Notes: generated by a model from the sequence alone, not told the origin. 64,000 bases of DNA from Dictyostelium discoideum (GCA_000004695.1 CM000150.2:1952001-2016000), one strand, 5' to 3'. Shown: positions 12,703 through 26,925, numbered from the stretch's first letter. A program made the numbers and translations.

Positions 12703-13334
12703 TAGATTATATGGGTGGTTTTATTTTCAATTTTAATCAATAAAGAAAAACCATCAATTTATGAATATGTTTCAATTGGACTTTTAATGGCAGGTACAAT
12801 ATTGGTATCTTTAGCATTTGCAGATCAATCTGTTGATTCTTGGGTTCCAATAGTTATTAATTTATTAGGATCATTTGCTGAAAGTTTATCAATTGTAGTT
12901 TTAAAATGGACATGTACTTATTTATATAGAATTGATGATACAATGTCTGTAATTGAAGTAGTGTATCATTAAATTTATTAAAATTTGAAATGGAAAAAAA
13001 AAAAAAAAAAAAAAAGTAATAATTAATTAATTAATTTTATTTATTTTTTTTTAATTTTATTATTTTATTATTATAAATTTAAATTTCATTATTTAAAGTA
13101 GTTCAAGGATCAATAGGAATTTTTATACCAATGTTAATTGTTGAAGGTGTTAAAGGATTTAAAGTTTTATCATCAGTTTCTCAACATCAAATTTGGTTAT
13201 TAGTTGCTGGTATTTTTGTTACTATGGTTTTCCAGACTTGTACCGTTTGGTTAAGTAAGAGTATGTACTCTACTACCGTTGGTGTAATTAGTCAACTTCA
13301 AATGTATGTATTTTATTTTTATTATTATTTTTTA

Positions 13335-13367
<33 letters not shown>

Positions 13368-13662
13368 TTTATTTTTTATATGTATATATATACTAATAAA
13401 ATTTTTTTTTTTTTTTTTTAAATTAATTTTTATTTTTATATTTTTTAAAAAAAAAAAAAAAAAAAAAATTAGTATTCCGCAAACCATTATAAATATAATA
13501 GCAGGTATTTTAATTGTTACATCTTTACGTATTGTTGGTGTTATATTAACTGTACTTGGTTGTACATTGTTTTCAATGTTTCATTTTTCAAAAATTTATC
13601 CAATTTCAAATTGTTTACCAAAAGGAAGAACTTGTTTATGGTTTAAAAATAATAATGTTTAA
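11368..13662 (+). CDS. Multi-pass membrane transporter, DMT superfamily / SLC35- or CRT-like. About six exons: approximately 11368..11580, 11670..11866, 12479..12594, 12706..12960, 13100..13305, 13473..13662.
   Basis: Successive hydrophobic-helix exons in one orientation are joined by GT...AG AT-rich introns. The family assignment rests on composition only, and exon ends are approximate. Confidence 0.5.
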
Positions 13663-14393
13663 AATAAAATTGATAATAATTTTTAAATGTGTTTAAAAAA
13701 AAAAAAAAAAAAAAAAATTTTTATTATTTTTATTATTATTATTATTTTTATATTAATGGTAATAGGTTTAAATATTTTATTTTAACTGTTGTAATTAGTG
13801 ATTTAAGAAAAGAGAAAAAAAAAAAAATTTAAAAATTAAAAAATCTAAAAAAAAAAAAGTGTGTGATTTTTAAAAAATTTTAAAATCATTTTTGTAATGT
13901 GCTTATTATAATTATTTTTTATTTTTTATTTTTTTTTTTTATTATTCCTATTTATCACACTCAAAAAGTTTTATTTTTATTTTTATTATTTTATTTTGTT
14001 TCTTTAATTTATTTATTTATTTATTTATTTATTTGTTTTTTTTATTTTTTTTTTTTTTTTTATATTTTTATTTTTTTTATTTCATTTTTTTTTTTTTTTT
14101 AATTTTTGATTTATTTTTTTTATTTTTTTATTTTTTTTTATTTTTATTTTTTTTTTTTCCTAAGAGTAAAAATAGATTTATTTTGACTTCTCCTCATAAA
14201 AAAAAAAAAAAAAAATTAAAAAAAAAAAAAAAAAAAATCAAATAAATTTAAATATATATTCATATATGTATATGTATGTATATGTATATGTATATATATA
14301 TGTATAATATTTAAATATATGTATAATAAAAAAGATAATTTCCAAAAAAAAAAAAAAAAAAAAAAAAACCCTTTAGCATAAAATCCAATTAAT

Positions 14394-14465
14394 ATGGATC
14401 AATATATTCTTAACAACTTTCCAACTGCAAATATTAATAACAACAATGGTATCAACGGTTTAGGT

Positions 14466-14562
<97 letters not shown>

Positions 14563-14573
14563 TTAATAATAAT

Positions 14574-14619
<46 letters not shown>

Positions 14620-14978
14620 TTAATAATAACGCACTCATAAATCCATCATTAGCAAATATCAACTCTATAAATAATACTGCAAATAATGCCATAAATGGAA
14701 ATAGTAATATTAATAATAATAATAATAATAACAATAATAACAATAAAAAATTAAAAATGACAGGATTGGCTGGAATTCCATCACATAATAATCAGCACAA
14801 TCATCATAACCATCATAACCATCATAACCATCATCATCCAGGAATTATTAATACGAATGGACTTATACTAGAGAATACACCTAATACTATAAATGGTATA
14901 GGTGCACTTAATAATATAAATGGATTAAATGGTACTACTCAAATAAATAATGGAATAAGTAATAATAATAATAATAAT

Positions 14979-15024
<46 letters not shown>

Positions 15025-15612
15025 GATACCAATATCCTTATTCATCAATCGGAAGTATTGATGCCTGTATAAATAGTGTTTTTGCAAATTATTCTTACGC
15101 ACCACAACCTCAACAAAATATCACCGCACCATCAACAGTTGTAAATCATAATAGTCAAAATAGTAATAATAATAATAATAATTGTACTACTAACAATAAT
15201 AGCACAGCTTCAAATACAAATAATATTAAAAATAACAGTAATATAACCCCTCACAACAACAACAACAACAATAATAACAATAATAACAATAACAATAATA
15301 ATAATAATAATCAAAACCAAAATCATATGAATAATAACCATAATAACCATAATAACCATAATAACCATAATAATATACATACACAACATTTTACACCAAC
15401 CAATATTCCATCATTTTATACACCACCACCACTCCCTGTATTAACAGCACCAACTACAACTACCACAACTCTTTCAATTACACCTATCATTAACTCTAAC
15501 AATACAATCAATACTCAATCAACACCTATTCAACAACATATATTACCAATTAACTCAAATTCACCACACTCAATAATGCCAACTACAATAATACCAACTT
15601 CAATTATACTGC

Positions 15613-15667
<55 letters not shown>

Positions 15668-15893
15668 TCACCAACAACAACAACAACACCATCAATTTCA
15701 TCATCAACCAATACCACACATTCTTCAACAACACAATCAGCATCAGTCCCAATTACAACAACCAATTCCATTACAACAACACCAACAACATTTACAACAT
15801 TTACAACAAAACCAATATCACCAACAAAACCAACAATACCACTACCAACCCCAACAACTACAACAACAACAGCAACAACATAATATAAAATAA
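14394..15893 (+). CDS. Asn/Gln/His-rich low-complexity protein (499 aa). It may be the 5' part of a single larger gene continuing to 17829.
   Basis: There is a complete ORF. It has long (AAT)n/(CAA)n codon runs and H-N repeats. Confidence 0.6.
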
Positions 15894-15915
15894 ACAACAA
15901 CCCCAACAACATTAA

Positions 15916-16018
15916 CCCCAACAAAATCAACACCAACAACAAAACCATCACCAACAACAAGAACATTCACCAACAAAAACCACAACAACAAAACCACCAA
16001 CAACAAAACAATTTCAGG

Positions 16019-16096
<78 letters not shown>

Positions 16097-17307
16097 ATTT
16101 CCAAAGCCAACAACTCCAAATTAAGCAAGAGCATATACCTCCTGATGAAAATGATAAACAAAAACAACAACAACCACAACAACCACAACCACATGTAAAA
16201 GTAGAAAAATCCAAATCAAGTAAATCAAATAAGAAAAATAAAACACCAACATCATCTCCAAAACCAAAGAAAACAAAAACAAAAGCAAAAGCAAATCCAA
16301 AATCATCAAAGAAAACCACCACAACAGAAAATCAAACACCAGTCAATACATCACCAACTTCAAATACGACAACTCCTTCATCAACTCCATCTTTATTAAC
16401 AACCCCAACAACTCCAAATATACCATTACCATTTCCACAAATATTACAACAACAACAACAAATACAACAAATACAACAATTACAACAAAAACCATTAATA
16501 CCTTTACCAAATAGTAATAATGCAAATTCTTCTTCTTCTTCTTCTTCATCTTCATCCCCTTCTTCTTCATCTTCTTCATCCTCTTCTTCAAAGAAATCAA
16601 AATCTAGAGATTCAATTATAAAATCAATTGTTCAAAGGGAATTAACTATTGATTTAATAAAATGTAAGCATATAAGGAAAGTGGATGAATCAATTATAAA
16701 TAGTTTTTCAAAAGATTATCTTAAAATATTATTAGATGGTGATAGAACTCCACAAAAAAGTAATCCAAAGGATCAATATAAGCACCATATTGAAGAAATC
16801 ATTCAACAATCTGGAGTTACTATTAATAATAATACTTTGGAATATCATTGTATATTTTGTAATATTAATAATAATAATATTAATAATAATAATATTAATA
16901 ACAACAATACTAATAATGAAAACGATAACTCTACTACTACCACTACTACTACCACTACTACTTCCAGTACCAATAATGATGATATTGAAGATAATGATAA
17001 TGATAATGATAATGATAATGAAAATGAAAATGATAATGATAATGATAATGATAATTATAATGATAACGATAATGATGATAACACCGCTGATGAATATGAA
17101 GATATTGAACATTCTGATATCAGTTCTAAACCTAAAAATATCGATTCAACTACCACTAAAACAACAACTACAACAACAACAACTACAACTACCAGTGCCA
17201 CCAATGACGCATCTCAAAACATTGTTGACAATAATAGTGGTAGTAATAGTAGTGGCAATAATAAAAATGAAGATCCAACTACAAAAGTAAATAAAAATGA
17301 AAATGAA

Positions 17308-17365
<58 letters not shown>

Positions 17366-17745
17366 TTAATAATAATAATAATAATAATGGTAATGGTAAT
17401 AGAATTTTCAAAAAGGATAAACATTTTAAGAATCATATTGTTGATCAACATTTGGAAAAAGTTAAAGAATTTATATTACCACCACCAAATTTAAGGAATG
17501 GAATGAAAAAGAAATGTGATCATGTTGGTTGTCATTCAATATTTAGAGTGGATGAATTTTCAAAACATGTAAAAAGAGTTCATCATCTTTATGATAAAGA
17601 TGCTGTTGACACTTGTGCGAGATGTATTTCAATTAAAAGTAATCTTTTCCAAAAAGTCTTGTTATCGATTAGTGAAAAAAATTCTAAAAAAACTAATAAT
17701 AATAAAGATAATAAAGATAATAATAATAGAGATAATAATAAAGAC

Positions 17746-17823
<78 letters not shown>

Positions 17824-17829
17824 GATTAA
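15916..17829 (+). CDS. Low-complexity (Q/N/T/S/D-N repeat) protein with C2H2-type zinc-finger elements. No ATG before 16681; frame +1 relative to the preceding ORF.
   Basis: The frame is open from 15916 through 17829. The motifs are HCIFCN...(poly-N insert)...FKNHIVDQH and CDHVGCHSIFRVDEFSKHVKRVHH. Confidence 0.5.
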
Positions 17830-18454
17830 AAAAAAAAAACTGAAAAAAACAAAATCAAAATCAATTTTGATTAAAACAAAAAAAAAAAAAAAAAAAAAAA
17901 AAGATAAGAAAGGATTAAAAATTTACTTTTAATTATTTAATAGTAAAACTATGGACTTTTTTTTTTTTATTATGTATTATTATAAATAAAAAAAAATAAT
18001 AGATAAACCCTTCTTTATTTATTATATATATATATATATAAAATATATATAAATATATATTTCATATAATTCAAATACAACTTGAAATTTTCAATCATTT
18101 ATTTATTTATTTGTCACTCTTTTTCTTTTAATTCTTGTATTTTTTTTTTTTCTTTTGCTTTGTGATTAAATAATTTTAAATATTGATTTATTAATATTAT
18201 TATTATTCCAATTCAAAAAAAAAAAATTAATATTATTATTATTTCTTGATTATTTTTCCAAAAAAAAATTATATATAATTTTGCTCAAAACAATTGGATT
18301 TATCTTTTTTTTAAAAAGAACAATAAAAATCCAAGTATAATTTTTAGCTATTTTCAATTTTTAAAATAAATAATTCCTGGAAAGAGATTTTGGTAATTTG
18401 AAAAACAATGAAAAAAAGGGAGAGGAGCAAAAAAAATGAAAATTCATCAAAAAT

Positions 18455-18527
18455 GCCTGGATGGCTCAGTAGGCAGAGCGAGCGGCTGTTAACCGCTAGG
18501 TCCATGGTTCGATCCCATGTCTAGGCG
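18455..18527 (+). tRNA. tRNA-Asn (anticodon GTT), second copy.
   Basis: It is identical to the 73-nt sequence at 4750-4822. About 30 bp of upstream flank is similar in both loci. Confidence 0.9.
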
Positions 18528-18716
18528 ATATTTTTTTTAAGGTTTTTCCATTTAAAAAACAAAAAAAAAAAACCGAAAAAACAAAGAAATAAACGAGAAT
18601 TTATACATATAATAAATAAATCACTGTTATATCTTCACCGCCACATTCATTCCTCTTAATTTTACCCTTTTTTTGCTCAGTAAAGCAAGGGCTATCGTCC
18701 TATATACTTTTCAACA

Positions 18717-19925
18717 ATGGCTGATGATCACTCAACTGAATTACAGTTAAATCATACAGATAACAACACAACCAATACAAATAATACCTCCACAACCTCA
18801 ACAACAAAAAACAAAAGTGCAAAAATCGACACACCTAAAAAACAAACCCCAACAAACCAACTCTCACTAAACAAAGGACTTGATAATCAATTAGATATCA
18901 TTGCACCTCCATCAATCACAAGACCACTCTCTTTCTTAGAAAAAAACAATAACACCATCAACATTAAGTGTTACTTTAATCAACCACACATCCGTGAAGA
19001 ATTAACCTCAAAAGATGACACAAGAATTCAACAAATTCACAAAAACATTCACAAACTCTTCGAAGATATACTGTCGCCATCAGCATTCAAAATAATTGGT
19101 GCAACTGCCTTCGTAAATTGCAACGTTGATAAATTAACTTCAATAATCAACCTTCAAAACCAACTTGCACTAAATATCGACAAACTCAACTATAGATTCG
19201 ATATATCATCAAATGATTATGCAATCATTAAAACATTCATTAAAACGTACTCACCCAAACATGCAAACGATGCAATTACAAACAACCTCACTAAATTCAC
19301 CAGTTGTACATCAATTGAATCATTTACTGTCACATACTCATATGCTGTTGCGTTGAAAAGCTACATTATAACATATCATCTAATTGATCACACACACAAC
19401 ATTGTTGATCAAAAGATCGAACAACCATCTGGTATCACAAGATATATCAAAGCTGCAACACGTAGTGTCACTAAACACAAAATTCAACATGCAAAAAATG
19501 CAGATATGGCAACAACTATAAAAAATGCCATCACAAACCCAAACATGAACAAAAACAATCAACCACCAAAAAACAACATTAACACCCCACCAATCAACGA
19601 AATTGCAAATTCCAACCGCAATAATAACTCACTTCAAAATAGTGGTTCAAAAGCTATACTAAATGAATCACTTGATATTAACAATCAATCCCAAAACAAT
19701 AATGAAATTTCACACAAAAGTGATTCTTCAAATAATAATAACGGGAAAAACTCATTATCAATAAGCAATCCAACCGATCCAACAATTGTACCACAAAAAC
19801 CTCTACAATCTCAACCAAACAAACCAAGTGCACCAACTCCAAATCCAATAAATACAAGAAGAAGCAGCAATGCCCTGACTACACAACCAGTCAATACTGG
19901 TGCTGCCAAACCTAGTAAGGTATGA
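18717..19925 (+). CDS. TRE3 ORF1 (402 aa). Its stop overlaps the ORF2 start in ATGA.
   Basis: The ORF is complete. ...AKPSKV* ends at 19925 and the ORF2 ATG is at 19922. Confidence 0.8.
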   Translation: MADDHSTELQLNHTDNNTTNTNNTSTTSTTKNKSAKIDTPKKQTPTNQLSLNKGLDNQLDIIAPPSITRPLSFLEKNNNTINIKCYFNQPHIREELTSKDDTRIQQIHKNIHKLFEDILSPSAFKIIGATAFVNCNVDKLTSIINLQNQLALNIDKLNYRFDISSNDYAIIKTFIKTYSPKHANDAITNNLTKFTSCTSIESFTVTYSYAVALKSYIITYHLIDHTHNIVDQKIEQPSGITRYIKAATRSVTKHKIQHAKNADMATTIKNAITNPNMNKNNQPPKNNINTPPINEIANSNRNNNSLQNSGSKAILNESLDINNQSQNNNEISHKSDSSNNNNGKNSLSISNPTDPTIVPQKPLQSQPNKPSAPTPNPINTRRSSNALTTQPVNTGAAKPSKV

Positions 19926-22900
19926 GCTCAAAAATCAACTTTATAACATGGAATTGTAGAGGATTCACTGAAAACCCAAACAATCAACACAATTCCTACC
20001 AAAAAGCTGTTGACACACTACAACTACTTATATCAAAACTTCCACCTCGTCCAACAATCTCAATACTCACTGAACTCAATTCATCACCATTACAACTTAA
20101 ACATGATTTTCCCGATCACATCATCTCTGTCACCAAACGAGGAAATGGTGTAATCATCATTAACCATAACCCAAACACACTCAAACTCAAACACATATCA
20201 ACAATTGATGGTAGAGCTATTTTAGCAGACGTTATATTTCCAAATCAATTACCAATTGGTATTCTTGGAATTTACGCACCAGCATCAAATAATACCATCA
20301 AAAAGAATTCATATGCAACTTCACTACAAACACTTCTCCACAACCACTCAACAAACCCAATACCAAACCAATCCCAACATGTATCTATTATCGCAGGAGA
20401 TTTCAACTGTATCCACGACGACAATTCACTATTAGACGATATTATCCAATCCTACACATACCAACACCATCTAATTGATCAAGGTGAATTTAAAAACACT
20501 CCAACTCATACACATGGCAACAGATTAGATAGAATATATACTCAATACAATAGAATAGACCCTGAAAATATATATACACAAGTCCACCAAATTCCATCTT
20601 CATTATCAGATCATAATCCAATATCAACAACAATTTCTTCACCTTTTCAAATAAATAAACATAAGAAAAGATGGATATTATACCTGGTACTGCAAATGAC
20701 CATGAAGCAATCAATATTATCAATCATTTAATAACTAATCACAATAACACATCAATCAATCAATTTACAAACTGGTCAAAAGTAAAATCAAAAATTATTA
20801 AAACTCTAAAAAACTATCAATATAACAAAGACAAACAAACTCAACGTGCAAAACAAATACTATTAGAAAAAGCAGCAAAATTCAAACATCTTGAAGAACA
20901 ATGCATCGCTGAATACAATATTATATGTAACAAAAACAAATTACATCAAAACCACACAAACATATTAAAAAAACATATAAATGGAGAAATACCTAGCAAG
21001 TATCTATCAGCAATACTAAACAAAAGATCAAAAGATGCAAAAATTGAATCAATCCAATATGGTAACATAATTACATCCGACCCCGACCAAATTGAAAATG
21101 CGTTTGTTGAATTCTACACAAATCTATATAGCTTACAAATATGTTGTCCAATTACTCACCAGCTCATGCTAAACACATGGCCCATCATAAAAAATGAATA
21201 TTGGAATGGTTTAGACTCACCATTTATACAAGATGAAGTTGAAGCTGCAATTAAAACCTGTAACCCCAACAAATCACCCGGTCCAGATGGCGTTACAAAT
21301 GCATTCTACATTAATCATTTAAACCAAGTTAAACCAATTCTCACTACATTATTCAACGATATACTAGAAAATCCTCACCACATCACAACAGAATTCACAG
21401 AAGGTCTTATACACACAATATACAAGAAAGGCAACCCCTTACTCATATCAAATCGTCGTCCCATTACACTTCTAAACACTGATTACAAGATCCTCTCAAA
21501 AGTAATCAATGCACGTCTTCTGAGAATACTTCCTTTCATCATCAACAACAACCAAACTGGTTTCGTACCCCACAGATTCATCATAGACAACATCATCAAC
21601 ATCAATGAATTAATCAACTACCTCAAATCTAAAAACCTCCCTGGTATCATCACACTATTTGACTTCTTTAAAGCATTTGATTCTATCTCTCACGATAGCA
21701 TTAAAAGAACATTAATTCATATTGGTATACCAATAAAATTAATAAATTTAATCCACAAGCTATTATCTGACTCACAAGCAAAAATTTCAATTAATGGTAA
21801 AACGACCAGAAAATTCGATATTAAAAGAGGTGTAAAACAAGGTGACCCAATCTCAGCCACTTTATTTGTAATTGTAATTGAAATATTAGCAAGAACAATA
21901 AATGCAGACAATTCAATAATTGGATTACCAATTTCACCCAATCCACAAATTAAAATCAAATTTACCCAATTTGCAGACGACTCTACAACATACAACATCA
22001 ACTACGAACAACAACAACAATCAATCAAACATTTCGATAATTTCTGCGCTTCAACATCATCATCTTTAAATTTTGACAAAAGTGCAATAATAGAAATCAA
22101 CCCCCACAAAATCACTGATAAACACATAATAAACAACATTCCACAATCAAAAAGAATTCCAATAACCAAAAAAGATCAATCAGAAAGAGTTCTTGGCTAT
22201 TTCTTTAATCATAATGGTTTACATAGGAAATTTCCAGAAACAATGAAAACACTGATTAAATCATTAGTGCTATGGAAAACTAGTGGCACAACATTAAAAA
22301 CAAAAACAACCATCATAAACACCTACTCACTATCACCAATAACATATTTATCATACCTTGAAGAATTTACAAAAGATGAAGAAATTCAAATTAATAAATT
22401 AATCTCATGGTTTATGAATTCTCCCGCAAATTCTGAATCACCAACTCTCGATACCAATTCCATTGAAAACAACACATCAACCATCCATTCACGTGCAAAA
22501 ATACCTTTGATGTGTTATGATAGATCATTAAAACCATTAAAAGAAGGAGGTTGGGGTATGTGGAATATCCAATTACGACAAGTTGCTCAAAAGATTTGGA
22601 TATACAACAGATTTTTACAAATGCATAAATCTGCAAACAATTCAATATACATGATAAGTTGGATGGATCAAATCATCAACAAATCAATCTCTTCTCCATA
22701 CCTTATAAAAATAAAAAAAGAATGGGAAAACTATGCAACTCAAATTGGACATCTAAAAGATAAAGTTCAAATCCTACAACCAATATTAACAAAAAACCAA
22801 CCCTCTCAAACATTAAACACAAATAATATTTCACTACCACCAACACTCAAAGAAATCTACTCGACAATACTAAACAATCACCAATGCAAATCAAAAGACT

Positions 22901-23748
22901 ATATTGGCAAGAAATATTCAGATCTACTTCTTACTTCGCACCAACAATCAATACAACTATTATGGAAATACACATACGACCAACTTTTTGTCAAAATTCA
23001 AAAATTAAAAGATCCAAAAGGCCGAGATACAATGCAAAGATTCCATGCTAGATGTCTTCCGATTAATCATCTACACAACAAAGTTTGCCCCATTTGCAAC
23101 AATGAAATGAATAATGATCCCTATGGTCATTTGTTTTTCAATTGTCAGCACACAATCAACTTCATTAACCACGACAAATTAAAATATTTTATATATAAAA
23201 ATTGCAATGGAAACAAAAACTGGTCACTAACAAAAAACCAAACAACAAAATTATACACACTCATTTATAAACCACAAACAAACAACAAAGCATTTAAACC
23301 AGATCCAACTATCAATATTAATTTTCATTTTGCAGAAAACGCACAATATAAAAAATACAGGTTCAACTGGAATTATATAAACACAAATCTTGATCTAGTC
23401 AGAACACATGCATATTGGAACATAATCTCATTAGTTATTCACCAAATATGGATATGGTTATGCAAATCATTATTTGACATCAATATAACTCAATCAATTG
23501 ACAATTGGAACAACCAAATAAACAACACAACACTAGATTATGATATATTAAAATCAAAATGGCACAAGCTAATAAGATTGGAATATTCAAGAAGGTTATC
23601 AAACTTTAACCAATTCTCAATTAAAAACAACCTCACAAAAACTCAAAAAGAAACCCAATGGTCCGAAACCATCAAAAAATTTAAAAAAGAATGGAGCATA
23701 AACACTAATGAACCAATTCCAACAATTACACCACCAATTAATTATTAA
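19922..23748 (+). CDS. TRE3 ORF2: AP endonuclease + reverse transcriptase + C-terminal Cys/His domain. It is interrupted by a single 1-nt frameshift near 20681.
   Basis: Two ORFs (19922..20731 and 20671..23748) overlap in different frames. The sister copy reads attatCacctgg where this copy reads attatacctgg, giving continuous KHKKRWILSPGTANDHEA. Confidence 0.75.
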
Positions 23749-23892
23749 TTACCTAATCTAAAATAACATACTATTTTAAATTCACAAAAACTAAAAAACC
23801 TAAAATAAATAAATAAAAATAACATACTAGTTGTATACTACAATAGTTTATTTATATCAAAAAAAAAAAAAAAAAAGTTTTTCCATTTGTCG

Positions 23893-23907
23893 CATGTTCG
23901 ATTCTCT
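23893..23907 (+). promoter_or_regulatory. Ex-B-box-like motif (ATGTTCGATTCTC) displaced from tRNA-Asn by the TRE3 insertion.
   Basis: It lies immediately after the right TSD. It is an analogous motif at analogous spacing to the other tRNA-Asn locus. Confidence 0.45.
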
Positions 23908-24748
23908 ATCAAATGGGAGATTTATAAAAGAATTAACCTATTTTTGCAATTGTGATTTCCTTTTATGAATTAACACTAATTAATCAATATTAAAAAAAAA
24001 AAGGTTTTGCGATAATAAATTAATATTAAAATAATAAAAAAACATTCCCTTTTTATAAATAATAATTTAGGATGCAAGTAATTTTAGAAATGTGAATAAA
24101 TAAAATTACGAAAATATTAATGAATAATAAAAAAAAAATTGTTTAGAAAAAAAAAAAAAAAAAAAAAAATGGAATATTTTTTGATAAAAAAAAATAAAAT
24201 AAATAAAATAAAATCTGAGTTAATTTTTTTTTATTACAAATTATCTGATGAACGATCTGGTTTGCGTAAAAAAAAAAAAAAAAAAAAAAAAAATCGATTG
24301 CCCATTTAAATTAATTAACCACCTTTAAATTTTGTGTAAAAACAATTTTGATTATTTTTTAAATTTTATTTTTTATTTGCAGTTATTCTTTTTCTCAAAT
24401 TATTAATTAATCACGCAAAAAAAAAAAAAAATTACGATCTGTGGATTCTTTTTTTTTTTTTTTTTTGCAAACCAAAGACAATAACTGCTTTGAAAAAAAA
24501 AAAAAAAAAAAAAAAAAAAAGATTTTTTTTAATTTTTTATTTTTGGTTCTTTTTTTTTTCTTATAAAAAATATCTAAAAAATAAAAATTTTTTTTTTTTT
24601 TTTTTTTTTTTTGATTTTATTTTTATTTTTATTTTATTCATATTGGAAATTAAATTTATCTATTTAAATTTTATCATAATTAATTTTGTATGTATTATCT
24701 TTTCTAAAACAATTGTTTTCAAACCAATCTATTTTTGCACCCAACGAA

Positions 24749-24783
<35 letters not shown>

Positions 24784-24862
24784 CCAAACCACAACAATAT
24801 TCGCATAATACAGATAATTAACAAATTTAAATTATAATCACACTATTAGATATTTGAATTTT

Positions 24863-24903
<41 letters not shown>

Positions 24904-25357
24904 AATAAATCAAATCAAAAAAACTATTTTTTTTTTTTTTTCTATTTTTTAATTTTTTTTTTTTCCACATAATTCAAATCTTTTTTTTTTTTTTTTTTCT
25001 TTTTAAAAAAAAAATACAAAATTTTATTTCAATCCAAAAAACCCACACATATCAAACACATAAATAGTAAAATCAATATTTTTTTTTTTTTTTTATACAA
25101 ATCACACACACACACTAGCACAAACATAATTTTTCTCTTTTCTTTTTTCTATTTTATATTTTTTTTTTTTTCAAAAAATTATTATAACCCACCCTAACAA
25201 TTTTTAATTTTATTGTATAGCTTTTTTTTCTTTTTTTTTTTTTTTTTTTTTTTTTCAAAATTTATTCTTGTAAATAATAATAATTGTATAATAAATATAA
25301 ATAAATAAATAATAATAAATAGTAATAATAAATAATAATAAATTAATAAATAAATAA

Positions 25358-25387
<30 letters not shown>

Positions 25388-25388
<1 letters not shown>

Positions 25389-26925
25389 TGTCAACAGCAC
25401 CAATTAAACATGAAGGTTTCCTCACTAAAGAAGGTGGTGGTTTCAAAAGTTGGAAAAAGAGATGGTTCATTCTCAAAGGTGGTGATTTAAGTTATTATAA
25501 AACAAAAGGTGTAAGTATAATTAATTAATTTATAAATTTTTTTTTTTTTAAAATAATAGAAAAAAAAAATCTAAAATATATTTTTTTATTTTATTTTTTA
25601 TTTTTATTTTATTTTAGGAACTTGTACCATTAGGAGTTATTCATTTAAATACATCAGGTCATATTAAAAATTCTGATCGTAAGAAAAGAGTTAATGGATT
25701 TGAAGTACAAACACCATCACGTACATATTTCTTATGTTCAGAGACAGAGGAAGAACGTGCAAAATGGATAGAGATATTAATTAATGAAAGAGAATTATTA
25801 TTGAATGGTGGTAAACAACCAAAGAAATCGGAAAAGGTAGGAGTTGCAGATTTTGAATTATTGAATTTAGTTGGTAAAGGTAGTTTTGGTAAAGTTATTC
25901 AAGTTAGAAAGAAAGATACTGGTGAAGTGTATGCAATGAAAGTTTTATCAAAGAAACATATCGTAGAGCATAACGAAGTCGAACATACATTGAGTGAGCG
26001 TAATATTCTTCAAAAGATCAATCACCCATTTTTGGTTAATCTCAACTACAGTTTTCAAACAGAGGATAAGCTTTACTTTATCTTGGATTATGTTAATGGT
26101 GGTGAGTTATTCTATCATCTTCAAAAGGACAAAAAGTTTACAGAGGATCGTGTCCGTTATTATGGCGCAGAGATCGTATTGGCATTGGAACATTTACATT
26201 TGTCGGGTGTCATCTATAGAGATTTGAAACCAGAGAATTTACTACTCACCAACGAGGGTCACATTTGCATGACCGATTTCGGTCTTTGCAAAGAGGGTCT
26301 ATTGACACCAACCGACAAAACTGGTACTTTCTGTGGTACTCCTGAATATTTAGCACCCGAAGTACTTCAAGGCAATGGTTATGGTAAACAAGTGGATTGG
26401 TGGAGTTTTGGTTCTCTCCTCTATGAAATGCTCACTGGTTTACCACCATTCTACAATCAAGACGTCCAAGAGATGTATCGTAAGATCATGATGGAGAAAT
26501 TATCTTTCCCACATTTCATTTCTCCAGATGCTCGTTCCCTCTTGGAACAACTCTTGGAAAGAGATCCTGAAAAAAGACTTGCCGATCCAAATCTTATTAA
26601 AAGACATCCTTTCTTCCGTTCCATCGATTGGGAACAATTATTCCAAAAGAATATTCCACCACCATTCATTCCAAATGTTAAAGGTTCTGCTGATACCTCT
26701 CAAATTGATCCAGTTTTCACTGATGAAGCTCCTTCTTTAACTATGGCTGGTGAATGTGCTTTAAATCCGCAACAACAAAAAGATTTTGAAGGTAATTATT
26801 AATTTAAAAAAAAAAAAAAAAAAAAAATCAAATCAAATTATCTTATAATATTAATATATTCTTTTTTTATTTATTTTTTCAATTTAGGATTTACATATGT
26901 CGCTGAATCTGAACATTTAAGATAA
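25388..26925 (+). CDS. pkbA: AKT/PKB-type AGC kinase with N-terminal PH domain (444 aa). Three exons: 25388..25510, 25618..26791, 26888..26925.
   Basis: The PH domain is MSTAPIKHEGFLTKEGGGFKSWKKRWFILKGG. The kinase carries GKGSFGKV...HRDLKPEN...DFGLCKE...GTPEYLAPE. The last exon gives the hydrophobic motif FEGFTYVAESEHLR*. Introns are GTAAGT...AG with consistent phases. Confidence 0.85.

Larger units (their letters stand above)
18554..23876 (+). mobile_element. TRE3-family non-LTR retrotransposon, full length ~5.3 kb. It has ORF1, an APE-endonuclease/RT ORF2, a 3' UTR and poly(A). It is inserted 26 bp downstream of tRNA-Asn and flanked by a 12-bp TSD, GTTTTTCCATTT.
   Basis: The TSD is at 18542-18553 and 23877-23888. 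The endonuclease reads ITWNCRGF...IAGDFNCIHD. The RT carries QTGFVP and FADD. It is collinear with a degenerate copy at 45365-49535. Confidence 0.85.

Noticed and set aside
14399-17451. Minus-strand poly-L/poly-V/poly-I ORFs (14399..14743, 15604..15966, 15967..16339, 16732..17112, 17146..17451) and + ORF 16736..17290.
   Set aside because: They are antisense or out-of-frame reads of the N/Q-rich coding repeats.
24490-25476. ORFs 24490..24837 (+) and 25255..25476 (-).
   Set aside because: This is homopolymer-rich intergenic DNA upstream of pkbA, with no coding signal.
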